This document shows, piece by piece, positions 20,819 to 30,227 of a DNA stretch of 62,450 nt. Numbering within the stretch: position 1 is the first letter of the stretch; each line of letters begins with the position of its first letter. The notes beneath the pieces were generated by a model. That model saw only the letters and a list, made by a program, of their open reading frames with translations. It did no database searches and had not been told where the DNA came from. The position numbers and the translations under genes were made by a program. Location: assembly GCA_964440945.1 (NCBI GenBank), contig CAYTTZ010000001.1, forward strand, positions 1 through 62,450, given 5' to 3'. This DNA comes from an uncultured Woeseiaceae bacterium. Its GTDB lineage: Bacteria; Pseudomonadota; Gammaproteobacteria; Steroidobacterales; Woeseiaceae.

Positions 20819-22711
20819 TTACTTTCCTTGACTGTTATCGGCTAAGACACCGGCATCTTTACTATCGTCTTGATTTTCCAGCGGCAAGCGAATAATGAAC
20901 GTCGAGCCCTCGCCCTCTTTTGACTCAAGCTGCAGTCCGCCATGGTGCTTGACCACGATGGCCTTGTGCGCCATCGCCAGGCCCTGCCCCGTACCTTTGC
21001 CGACCTCCTTGGTTGTGAAGAAGGGCTCAAAAACGCGTTCGCGCAGTTCGTCGGGAATGCCACAGCCATTGTCGGTGACCCGTATTTCGACGGCACCTGG
21101 TATCGATTTCGTCGCAATCCGGATGAGTCCTTTGTCGCTGGTCGACTCCTCCAGAGATTTGGCAATCGCATGCGCCGCATTGATAATCAGGTTGAGGATG
21201 ACCTGCGCGATATCCTGAGGTGCGCAGAGAACCTCCGGCAGGTTTTCATCCAGTTCTGTTTCGACATCAGCCGCGTATTTCCACTCGTTGGTCGCCACCG
21301 TGACCATGTCGCTGACAACCTTGTTCAGGTCGGCGAGTTCCCACGCATCGCCGCCCGGATGGGCGAAATCCTTCATCGCCTTCACGATGTGTGAAATACG
21401 CGCGACGCCATCTATCGACTGGTCGAGGGCTGCGGGGATTTCCTCGGCGAGAAACTCAGGGTCCGCTTGCTCTACGGCCTGGTCCACTTGCTCAATGAGC
21501 TGCGCGGACAACGGTCCGTTGTGTGCTGCCTCTACCAGTTTGGCATAAGCACTGGTGAGCGTTTGCAAGTCGGCGAAGGAATCCTTCAGGAACTTGAGGT
21601 TGTCGCCAACGAATTGTGACGGCGTATTTATCTCATGTGCCATACCGGCAGCCAGGGTGCCGATCGCCTCGAGTTTTTGTCCGTTGGCTTGCTGCGATTG
21701 TGCCTCGCGAACCTCCGTGATGTCGTGCATCACACCGAAGACCTTGGCAATCTCGCCGCCATCGAATTCAAGCTCACCAATACTTCGATACCACTTCGTC
21801 CTGCCGCTGTCATCGGTGACCTTAACTTCCTGATCCCAGGCAGCCTTGCTCTCCAGAACCTCAGCAATCAATTTCCCGAGGTCCGTCCTCGACAGTCCGT
21901 CGATCGTTTCACATCTGCTGTCGTCATCGATATGGTACTGGCTGAGGGCGCCTGCAGTACCGATGGTGTGGTGCACCGTTCCTGTTTGCGGATCGAACCA
22001 CCAGCCGCCAAGCCTACCAATGATCTGCAGCCGGGAGAGCAGGTGAATGCTGGCGAGGTGTTCGACGAGTACGCTGGACAACATCTCTCCGGCCTCGTCG
22101 GCATCGGTTTGCGCTTCGATCAGTTCGTTCCGAATCTGGTCCGATGATCGTCGATATAGCATCAGTATCAACGGCACGACGATACTCATCGCTATCGCAG
22201 CTCGAGCGAGCCTGGGCATGAACTCGTGGTTTTCGATGGTCACCGGAAACGGCCAAGAACGCGTCGTCAGCCAGAATCCGAGCACCAGGAGCGCCATGAT
22301 TGCGAGGTCCAGCGCCATCGCCGCTCGCGAACTGAGAATGACATTGGCGAGAACCACAAGTGCTATCGCGGCGACATAGGCGCCGGGCGCATAACCACCG
22401 GCCAAAATGATGGGCGCTGCAACCGCTGCGAATACGCTGAAGACCAGCACATTGGCCGCAGCATCCAGGTAACGATGATCAGATAATAGCCAGACGCAGA
22501 TCAGCATGAGCAGTGGCAGCGGTGCAGTTGTCCCCGCGATCAGGTACTGGCCATTGCCAAGGTCGAGCATGGCAAGCATGGCGGCCAATGCCGTTACGAA
22601 CAGCGCGACACCCGCGACGACCCAGGAGCGTACGCGATTCTCGAAATCACCGGCTCCCAGCACGGCGTTAAGCTGACCAAAGTGATCCGGCAGAGTAACG
22701 ATGGATGACAT
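20819..22711 (-). CDS. sensor histidine kinase with polytopic N-terminal membrane domain, PAS, HisKA/HATPase (paralogue of the downstream MHYT kinase core)
   Basis: About 6 predicted TM helices. H-box AAGMAHEINTPSQFVGDN is nearly identical to the neighbour's [18 protein letters not shown]. HATPase motifs [25 protein letters not shown]. Confidence 0.85.
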   Translation of the reverse strand: MSSIVTLPDHFGQLNAVLGAGDFENRVRSWVVAGVALFVTALAAMLAMLDLGNGQYLIAGTTAPLPLLMLICVWLLSDHRYLDAAANVLVFSVFAAVAAPIILAGGYAPGAYVAAIALVVLANVILSSRAAMALDLAIMALLVLGFWLTTRSWPFPVTIENHEFMPRLARAAIAMSIVVPLILMLYRRSSDQIRNELIEAQTDADEAGEMLSSVLVEHLASIHLLSRLQIIGRLGGWWFDPQTGTVHHTIGTAGALSQYHIDDDSRCETIDGLSRTDLGKLIAEVLESKAAWDQEVKVTDDSGRTKWYRSIGELEFDGGEIAKVFGVMHDITEVREAQSQQANGQKLEAIGTLAAGMAHEINTPSQFVGDNLKFLKDSFADLQTLTSAYAKLVEAAHNGPLSAQLIEQVDQAVEQADPEFLAEEIPAALDQSIDGVARISHIVKAMKDFAHPGGDAWELADLNKVVSDMVTVATNEWKYAADVETELDENLPEVLCAPQDIAQVILNLIINAAHAIAKSLEESTSDKGLIRIATKSIPGAVEIRVTDNGCGIPDELRERVFEPFFTTKEVGKGTGQGLAMAHKAIVVKHHGGLQLESKEGEGSTFIIRLPLENQDDSKDAGVLADNSQGK

Positions 22712-22903
22712 GGCGTCTCGGAGTAACGGTAATACCTGTAGCTATCGGCACGTTTTTCCGTCACTTGAGCGCGCTGGGCCCATGGGACCTGTTGCTCCCG
22801 GCACAGAGCTCCATTGCTCGCCGTCGGATAGCCATTTTCGTGCCCCAGTAGGCCACTTTCGTGCCGCTCGCCTGTATAGTTACGGGTCCAGAGGAGAATC
22901 ATC

Positions 22904-24400
22904 ATGTTGCCGCACCAGAATGTCGTTGCCGAAGTCCTGAAACTGCCAGACGGGCCCCAGATCGGCGCGTTCTTCGATTTCGATGGCACCGTAATTTCGG
23001 GCTACTCGGCTTTTGCATTTGTCGAGGAGCAGATCAAGCGCGGCCACCTGTCGCCGCGCGAGCTCATGGAGCTCATGGGGGCCATGGCCAGCTTCGGCCT
23101 CGGGAAAATGGGATTTTCCGCGATGATGCTCGGAATGGCCCAGTTTCTTCGCGGCATACGTGAAGACAGTTATGCGGCCTTTGGCCAGGAGCTGTTCGAA
23201 TCGCATATCGCACGCCTGATTTATCCGGAGTCGAGGGCACTGGTCGAGGCGCATCTCCGCAAAGGGCACACGGTCGCGATCATTTCCTCCGCAACGCCCT
23301 ACCAGGTCGAGCCGGCGGCGCGGGACCTCAATATCGATAACGTCCTGTGCACGCACCTCGAGGTCGAAAAAGGCATGTTTACCGGCAAGGTATTGCGCCC
23401 GACCTGTTTTGGACAAGGCAAGGTTACCGCGGCCGAATCGCTGGTCGAGGAATTCGGCGCAGATCTCGATCAGAGCTTCTTCTATTCGGACAGCGATGAC
23501 GACATTCAGCTCCTCGAGCGCGTCGGCAATCCGCGCCCCCTGAATCCCAACAAGAAGCTGCTCGCCATCGCGGAAAGTCGCGGCTGGCCGGTACGTCGTT
23601 TCGCAAGCCGGGGCGATACAAGCGTAGCGGACTGGATTCGTTCGCTGCTTGTTCCTGGGACCCTGGTCGGCTCGTTTCTTGCCGGAATTCCGATTTGGGC
23701 ACTCACGGGCTCGAAACGAGATGCACTCAATTTTTCAGTATCCGTGTTTGCGGACACGGCCAGCGCACTCATCGGCCTGAACCTGAGGGTCAAGGGCGAA
23801 CAGCATCTCTGGTCGCATCGACCCGCGGTCTTTATTTTCAACCACCAGAGCAATGTCGACATGGTCATTATCGCCCGCCTCCTCCGGCGCGATATTACGG
23901 GCGTCGGCAAACGCGAGATTCGCAACATGCCGATCATTGGGCGTGTGATGGAAGCCGCTGGAGTCGTACTCATCGACCGCGAGAACTCGGCCAGCGCGAT
24001 TGAGGCGATGAAGCCACTGGTCGACGCGATGCGCGTCGAGGGTAAGTCGGTTTGCCTCTCACCCGAGGGCACGCGCGCGCCCACCATCAAGCTGTCGACC
24101 TTCAAGAAGGGCGCCTTCCATCTCGCCATGCAGGCCGGCGTACCCATCGTACCAATAGTCATTCAGAATTCCGGCGATGTGCAGCCCAAGGGCGACATGC
24201 TCTATCACCCCGGCACGGTTGAAGTTGAAGTATTACCACCTGTCGATACCAGCGAGTGGTCGGCCGATACCATCGACAAACACGTCGCCGATGTCCGCGA
24301 TATGTACCTGTGCGCCCTGGAGCAGGACGCTAAATCGCGCGAGCGAGCGTCCGATCCGGTGGTCCTGACTGATGTATCGGCCCGCGGGGTCCGCGAATGA
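22904..24400 (+). CDS. bifunctional HAD-IB phosphatase-like / 1-acyl-sn-glycerol-3-phosphate acyltransferase (PlsC) fusion
   Basis: HAD motif I FFDFDGTVISG, ISSATP, YSDSDDDIQLL. TM linker. LPLAT motifs FNHQSNVD (HX4D) and PEGTR. GGAGGA-like RBS lies upstream of the ATG. Confidence 0.85.
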   Translation: MLPHQNVVAEVLKLPDGPQIGAFFDFDGTVISGYSAFAFVEEQIKRGHLSPRELMELMGAMASFGLGKMGFSAMMLGMAQFLRGIREDSYAAFGQELFESHIARLIYPESRALVEAHLRKGHTVAIISSATPYQVEPAARDLNIDNVLCTHLEVEKGMFTGKVLRPTCFGQGKVTAAESLVEEFGADLDQSFFYSDSDDDIQLLERVGNPRPLNPNKKLLAIAESRGWPVRRFASRGDTSVADWIRSLLVPGTLVGSFLAGIPIWALTGSKRDALNFSVSVFADTASALIGLNLRVKGEQHLWSHRPAVFIFNHQSNVDMVIIARLLRRDITGVGKREIRNMPIIGRVMEAAGVVLIDRENSASAIEAMKPLVDAMRVEGKSVCLSPEGTRAPTIKLSTFKKGAFHLAMQAGVPIVPIVIQNSGDVQPKGDMLYHPGTVEVEVLPPVDTSEWSADTIDKHVADVRDMYLCALEQDAKSRERASDPVVLTDVSARGVRE

Positions 24401-26697
24401 GTGTCAGCCCATGGCCGGCCGACAACATTCACAGCGTATTACTCGTAGTCGATGCCGCGCACCGCATCGAGCAACAGCACCTCGAATCCTGGCTTGAACG
24501 TGAACGCGCCAAGTGTGGCTTCCTTGGTAAAGTCGAACAGGTCGTTGTCCCCATCGCGGATTCACCCGAGGGCATTCATGCCGACAACCTGTGCCCGGCG
24601 GTAGGCCTGCCGGATGACACGCTGGTTGTGCCTGTCCGGGTCGTTTGGCTCAAGGGCCTCGACGTCAAGAGTACGACGCCACGGTTCCGCGACCTGCTAC
24701 TCGGCAACCCCACACGCCCGGGGCCCATAAGGGCGCGGCGCATCCTCAAGCGTCACCCGATGCGCGGCAAGTGCGTCAGTGGCAAGCCCGCGACGATTAA
24801 GGATCTGCGTCAACGGCTTGAGCACCGTCTCGGCGCAACACCCGATGAAAACCAGTTAGCCGACTTTATGGCTGGGCAGGCGAGCATCGCCCTCGACATA
24901 GCGGAACGACGCTTGCGCGGCAGCCGTTACAAAGTGCCACGCCGCGTTGCCAGTAATCTGCGCTCAAGCCGGGTCTTTGTCACCGCCCTACGTGAGCTCA
25001 GCGCTCAGACCGGGCGCTCAATCAGCGACCTGAATGCGGAGGCCACGACGATCTTCAAAGAGCTGATCTCGGTGCCGCAAGCGTTCTGGCTCGACATGAG
25101 CTACCTGTTGAACAAAAAGATCGCGACGCTTGGCTATGAAAACGATATCGAGGTTGATGAGAAACGCCTGCAAGAGGTCAGACAGATCTGCAAGGAGCGT
25201 CCGACCGCAATTCTCTGTACGCACAAGACGCATGTCGATTTTCCCGCGCTGAACAAGGTGTTGTTCGACCATGATTTTCCGGCCCTGCATACCATGGGGG
25301 GCGTGAACATGGCGTTCGCCGGCGTCGGGTTTCTGGCGCGACGTGCCGGCGTCATCTTCATCCGGCGGAGCTTTCAGGATAACCCGTTGTACAAGCTGAT
25401 CCTGCGGCAGTACATCGCATACCTGATGGAGAAGCACTTTCCGCTGAGCTGGGCGTTCGAAGGAACTCGCTCGCGAGTCGGTAAGCTCATGCCGCCGAAG
25501 TACGGCATTCTCAAGTACGTCGTCGAAGCGGCGCATGCAAACGACCAGCGCATGCTGCATATTATTCCGGTCGCGATGAATTACGACCTCATCGGTGATG
25601 TCCGCGATTACGCGAAAGAGCAGTCGGGCATCAAGAAACGTCCCGAGAGCCTTAGCTGGTTTATTGGCTACATGCGCAGCCTGAGTAGACCGATGGGCAA
25701 GATCTACATGGACTTTGGCGAGCCGGTAGTACTGGATGAAGTGCCGTCGGGTGACGATAGCCTCGCCCTTTCCAAGATCGCTCTGAAGGTAGGTGTAGAG
25801 GCCAACCGTGTTACGCCGATAACACTGGCTTCGCTGGCGACCATGGTGCTGCTTGGTAGCGCGCCGCGAGCCCTGACGCGGGAGGAGCTAACGCGGGAAA
25901 TTGCGCGTGTGGTCCGGTGGGCACAGGCCAGGGATATCAAAATCACCCGACATTTCGAGATCGAGAACGAGGCAGAGTTGGCGGCGCTTGCGCAGGTGCT
26001 GATCGACAACCGTCTGGTAAGTCGCTTCGACGATGGACCCGAGGACGTCTATGCCATCGCGCCTCACCAGGAGACGGTTGCAAGCTACTATCGCAATTCG
26101 ACGATCCATCATTTCGTAACCAAAGCCATTGCAGAATTGGCGTTAGCGGGTGTTCCTGCCGGCGACAGCGCGCCGCTGGACGCATTCTGGCAGGAAGTCG
26201 ACCGACTGCGGGACCTGTTCAAGTTCGAGTTCTTCTATACGCCGAAGGAAGAGTTTCGCGAAGAAGTCTCGCAGGAACTGGCGCGCTACGACACAGACTG
26301 GCAAGAACGGTTGGCCGCTGATGCGGAGTTCGCCAGGCGCCTGCTGAGAGCATTCCGCCCCCTGGTCGCTCACGCAACCCTGACCCAGTTTGTCGAGGCT
26401 TATTACATCGCAGCCAGCGTCGCGGCCGTCACCCCGCACGATGCGACGCTCGACGCAGGTGACTGTTTGAAAAGGTGTTTTGCCTATGCGCGGCAGGCCT
26501 ACAGGCAGCGCCTTATCAGTAGTGAGGCATCGATCGGCAAATTATTGTTTCAAAACGGTTATAAATGGATGGAGAATCGAGGACTCACAGCCGCCGGAGG
26601 CCCCGAGCTTGCGGAGCAGCGTGCAGAGGCGCGCCTGGGTCTTCGGGAATTGATGCACCGCCTGCAGCGAATTCAGGCGCTTGCACTACCAGACTAG
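24397..26697 (+). CDS. plsB: PlsB-like glycerol-3-phosphate acyltransferase
   Basis: 766 aa. HX4D block CTHKTHVDF, FIRRSF, and FEGTRSRVGKLMPPKYG, which parallels E. coli PlsB FIEGGRSRTGRLL. Its start overlaps the upstream stop (ATGA). Confidence 0.8.
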   Translation: MSVSPWPADNIHSVLLVVDAAHRIEQQHLESWLERERAKCGFLGKVEQVVVPIADSPEGIHADNLCPAVGLPDDTLVVPVRVVWLKGLDVKSTTPRFRDLLLGNPTRPGPIRARRILKRHPMRGKCVSGKPATIKDLRQRLEHRLGATPDENQLADFMAGQASIALDIAERRLRGSRYKVPRRVASNLRSSRVFVTALRELSAQTGRSISDLNAEATTIFKELISVPQAFWLDMSYLLNKKIATLGYENDIEVDEKRLQEVRQICKERPTAILCTHKTHVDFPALNKVLFDHDFPALHTMGGVNMAFAGVGFLARRAGVIFIRRSFQDNPLYKLILRQYIAYLMEKHFPLSWAFEGTRSRVGKLMPPKYGILKYVVEAAHANDQRMLHIIPVAMNYDLIGDVRDYAKEQSGIKKRPESLSWFIGYMRSLSRPMGKIYMDFGEPVVLDEVPSGDDSLALSKIALKVGVEANRVTPITLASLATMVLLGSAPRALTREELTREIARVVRWAQARDIKITRHFEIENEAELAALAQVLIDNRLVSRFDDGPEDVYAIAPHQETVASYYRNSTIHHFVTKAIAELALAGVPAGDSAPLDAFWQEVDRLRDLFKFEFFYTPKEEFREEVSQELARYDTDWQERLAADAEFARRLLRAFRPLVAHATLTQFVEAYYIAASVAAVTPHDATLDAGDCLKRCFAYARQAYRQRLISSEASIGKLLFQNGYKWMENRGLTAAGGPELAEQRAEARLGLRELMHRLQRIQALALPD

Positions 26698-26713
26698 TTA
26701 TGGAGAAGTTTAC

Positions 26714-28177
26714 ATGGATCAGCTGAGCCCGCAGGACTCCCAGTTTCTTTACATGGAGTCGGCCGACAACCTGACGCACGTGACGTCGATATCGATTTTC
26801 GATCAGACGACCGTGCCCGATGGCAAGGTCGTGCGCTTCAAGGACATCCTTGAGCATATCGAAGGGCGGCTGCACATGAGTCCGCTGTTCAAGCGACGGC
26901 TCGTGCATGTACCGCTGGAGCTCGATTTTCCGTACTGGGTTGATGACGAAACCTTCGACCTTGAGTACCACGTTACGCATGGTCGACTGCCCAAGCCGGG
27001 TGACTGGCGTCAGTTTTGTATTCACATGGCCCGTTATCATTCGCGGCCTCTGGATATGGACCGTCCGCTGTGGGAGATGTTTGTCGTCGAGGGTCTGGAC
27101 AATATCGACTGGCTGCCGAAGGGCAGCTACGCGATTGTGACCAAGATTCATCATGCGGCCGTTGACGGCACCGCAATTGCAGATTTCTTCGGTGCGATGG
27201 CCGACATCGATAACAAGGGTACGCCGGCGATACCGCTGAACATGGCTAAACTCCGGCGCAGTCCAAAACCCAGCCTGTTGGACATGGCCGTGCGCGCGAC
27301 CTGGCATACGATTCGTTCGCCAATAGGAATGACGGATGCGGTCATGCGTTCCGCACCGAATATTTACAGGCTGGCGCAGAATGCGCTGCGCTCGCAGAAG
27401 AAAGAAAGTAACCCGGTACCGGATACGCGCTTCAATACCCAGGTCTCTCCGCAGAAAATGTTCGATGCCAGGATCTTCGCTCTAGACGACTTGAAGGCCG
27501 TACGAATAGCTGTGCCCGGCAGCACGATCAACGATGTCGTTCTGGCGATTTGCGGCGGCGGGCTGCGTCGCTATCTGCAGCATCATGATGAGCTACCTCA
27601 GGATTCGCTCATTGCCTGGGTGCCCATCAATGCCCGTCAGCGATCAGGGTCGAACGCCGACGCGCCGGGCAACAATATTTCGTCAATGACCGCACCAATA
27701 TTCACGAACGTCGAGGACCCGATCGAACGCCTGAAATGCATTCACGAGGCAACGCAGCAAAGCAAAGCCGCCAAAGCCGGCGTCTCTGCACGGGTGATGG
27801 TCGATCTCAGCAAGCACGTTCCCGCATCCACGCAGGTCATCGCAAGCCGCCTGGTGTTACGCGCCGGAGTATCCCAGCGCATGTGCAACCTGTTCATTTC
27901 CAACGTGCCGGGACCACAGGTACCGCTTTATATGAACGGCGCAGTGCAGGTCGGCAGCTTCGGTATGGCACCGCTGGCTAATGGCATGGGCTTGTTCATC
28001 GCGACGCCAAGTTACAACGGCAAGATATCGTTCAGCGTGACATCAACGCGAGACATTGTGCCCGACATCGACTTTTTCGTGGAGTGCCTGGAAGAGTCCC
28101 TGAACGACCTGAAAGCAGCAATCAAGCCTGTCAAAAAGAAACGCGCGCCAAAGAAGATTCGCGCGGTTAAAGCCTAG
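26714..28177 (+). CDS. wax ester synthase / diacylglycerol acyltransferase (WS/DGAT family)
   Basis: N-terminal LSPQDSQFLYMES, catalytic HHAAVDG (KIHHAAVDGTA), C-terminal NVPGPQVPLY block. ATG at 26714 preferred. Confidence 0.9.
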   Translation: MDQLSPQDSQFLYMESADNLTHVTSISIFDQTTVPDGKVVRFKDILEHIEGRLHMSPLFKRRLVHVPLELDFPYWVDDETFDLEYHVTHGRLPKPGDWRQFCIHMARYHSRPLDMDRPLWEMFVVEGLDNIDWLPKGSYAIVTKIHHAAVDGTAIADFFGAMADIDNKGTPAIPLNMAKLRRSPKPSLLDMAVRATWHTIRSPIGMTDAVMRSAPNIYRLAQNALRSQKKESNPVPDTRFNTQVSPQKMFDARIFALDDLKAVRIAVPGSTINDVVLAICGGGLRRYLQHHDELPQDSLIAWVPINARQRSGSNADAPGNNISSMTAPIFTNVEDPIERLKCIHEATQQSKAAKAGVSARVMVDLSKHVPASTQVIASRLVLRAGVSQRMCNLFISNVPGPQVPLYMNGAVQVGSFGMAPLANGMGLFIATPSYNGKISFSVTSTRDIVPDIDFFVECLEESLNDLKAAIKPVKKKRAPKKIRAVKA

Positions 28178-28207
28178 CGTCGAGCACTCCCTGGAGAGTG
28201 GCAGAAC

Positions 28208-29740
28208 CTAACTGGCTCGCCGGGTGGTCGCACTGCGCACGTGCGGCTGCGGATTATCAAGCTTGGTCAGAATACGGTCGAGCTTCTTGCTGATCTTCGT
28301 CTGAATTCGAATCATCTCGATCTTCGGGAAGGTCGCTTTCTCGCCCATCTCGATAAGTTCGACGACTTCCTCGATAGAGCGATGCGCCAGCAACCTTAGC
28401 GGATTGAACAGCCGTTTTTCGGGGAGGATATTGATGTCGCCGAAATAATCCTGGTTGATGACACTCAGCCCGATATTCGCGAGTCGATTGACCGTCGCGT
28501 TCCAGGCCAGCGGCCGCTCCATTAGCGACGCACCCGCGTTAATCCACTCGCGCGCCGATCGTCCTGCCGCATGCCTTACGGTTGTGATCAGGTCCTTCTT
28601 TCTCTTCGTATCCGTCACAAACGGGAAGATGTGCGGATTCACCTGGCTTACGATGAAGTGATTGACACCATAAATACGCGCCAGGCGTTTTGCAGGGAGG
28701 TCGTCACTCAATGACCCGTCCACCCAGCGACGTGATGGCAAGTAGGGCTGCTTCTTGCCCTCATCGTTTTTCGCTGCGAGTGCCACGGCAGGGTAAAACC
28801 CGGGGACTGCCGCCGAGGCCATGACCGCTTCGCGCACATAAACGTTTGGTGTCGTGATCGAATTCAGCAGTCGAGACGTCTGATGTTTTTCGGCAGCCGC
28901 GATCGACACGTTCAGGTGTCGGCCCGTGTTCTCATAAGCCTCCTGAAAGGTAACATCCGGGATGAGGCGGTTGAGCGCTTCCTGCACGTCCTCGATCGGC
29001 GTCACCTGCGGTCGGAACGCCTCGAACCGCTGAAACAAACCCTGGTCCCGCTCAATCTCCTGCACCAGGTGTTCCGGCTCGAATATGTCCTCGAGGAACT
29101 CGTCGCTTCGGGTACTGACAAGACTGCCAACAACGGCACCGCCGCTACTTCCCGAGAGGATCTCCGGCAGTACGCCCTCTGACCACAGTGCCTTGACCAC
29201 ACCGATATGAAAAAACAGCAACGATCCGGCGCCACTCATCATCAAGGTCGAGCAGCCATAGCAGTGACGAGCACGCCGGAAGAAATCGAGGCGTTCGTCG
29301 AGCGGAATGCCGTTGGCTTTGCTACTGGCGAGTAAATCGAGAGCGCTGGCCACCTCGTCGACGTAGTCGACAATTAATTTCTTGGTGCTGAATTTTGCCT
29401 TGCCGTACAGCGCGGAACTGCCCATGCCGTCGATATTGCCGTGGATGCCTTCATTCAATGCAAACAAAATGCCCGCATAGTCATTCTTGTTTTTGAGGCG
29501 GCGGAGGCGCTTCAGTCGGCGACGAATTGAGGCGTGGTCGAAATGCTTGGACTCGTCGGATTTCTGCCAGCGCAGAACGCCCGATTTCTTGTCATGCGCA
29601 ATCGCAGCTGCTTGCCACTCCTCGTACGTGGTCGCTGCAGCCATATCCGATTCCAAACGCCTGGTCCCCGAGATAAACATTCTCCAATCATCCAGTTCAA
29701 CGGCCGTGTGGTGGCCAGCATACACGCTAAGTCGGCCCAA
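28208..29740 (-). CDS. patatin-like lipase with N-terminal DUF3336-type region (TGL-like)
   Basis: YEEWQAAAIAHDKKSG...W (DUF3336-like). Glycine-rich SGAGSLLFFHIG, nucleophile elbow GSSGG, catalytic VDGSL. The true start may be an internal Met (29680 or 29644). Confidence 0.8.
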   Translation of the reverse strand: MGRLSVYAGHHTAVELDDWRMFISGTRRLESDMAAATTYEEWQAAAIAHDKKSGVLRWQKSDESKHFDHASIRRRLKRLRRLKNKNDYAGILFALNEGIHGNIDGMGSSALYGKAKFSTKKLIVDYVDEVASALDLLASSKANGIPLDERLDFFRRARHCYGCSTLMMSGAGSLLFFHIGVVKALWSEGVLPEILSGSSGGAVVGSLVSTRSDEFLEDIFEPEHLVQEIERDQGLFQRFEAFRPQVTPIEDVQEALNRLIPDVTFQEAYENTGRHLNVSIAAAEKHQTSRLLNSITTPNVYVREAVMASAAVPGFYPAVALAAKNDEGKKQPYLPSRRWVDGSLSDDLPAKRLARIYGVNHFIVSQVNPHIFPFVTDTKRKKDLITTVRHAAGRSAREWINAGASLMERPLAWNATVNRLANIGLSVINQDYFGDINILPEKRLFNPLRLLAHRSIEEVVELIEMGEKATFPKIEMIRIQTKISKKLDRILTKLDNPQPHVRSATTRRAS

Positions 29741-29865
29741 AAAAACGCACTAGTCGCTTTTCCGGATAGCTGATTATGCCTATTCCTCTGCCCGGATCAG
29801 GGGTGTAGGTTAGAGCTGTATAAAGCATCTGGCCTCAAAGCTCGAGGTCAGGAGGTAGATGGCAG

Positions 29866-30183
29866 ATGGTGGACAGGAAGATGCTGGCTGCAATGCCAGA
29901 GGCCTTGATTGCGATCGTCAACAATGGCTACGCGATCTGGGCCAATGGTGATGTGAATGCCGCCTTGCGAGCGCGCTTTGACGACAGGCGGATTCCTGTT
30001 GTTGGCGTTCGCCATGTCCGTGTCTGGGGCCTGCAGGTCGACGATGAGCGCGAACTACCCGGACTCGAGCGAACCCAAATGGCGGACGACGAAATCTGGG
30101 AGGTCAATCTCGAGGCCAAAGACGGTTCGAGGTTCGAGGTCGAGTCGCGATTGCTAAAGCCGGCGCCGGCGCCGGATGCGTAG
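29866..30183 (+). CDS. hypothetical protein (105 aa), no family recognised
   Basis: AGGAGG lies 10 nt upstream of the ATG. There is no recognisable motif. Codon usage was not computed. Confidence 0.4.
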   Translation: MVDRKMLAAMPEALIAIVNNGYAIWANGDVNAALRARFDDRRIPVVGVRHVRVWGLQVDDERELPGLERTQMADDEIWEVNLEAKDGSRFEVESRLLKPAPAPDA

Positions 30184-30227
30184 CGGGTCTTTTTCACGGG
30201 CGTCGTTCAGCATCGCCCTGGGACGCT

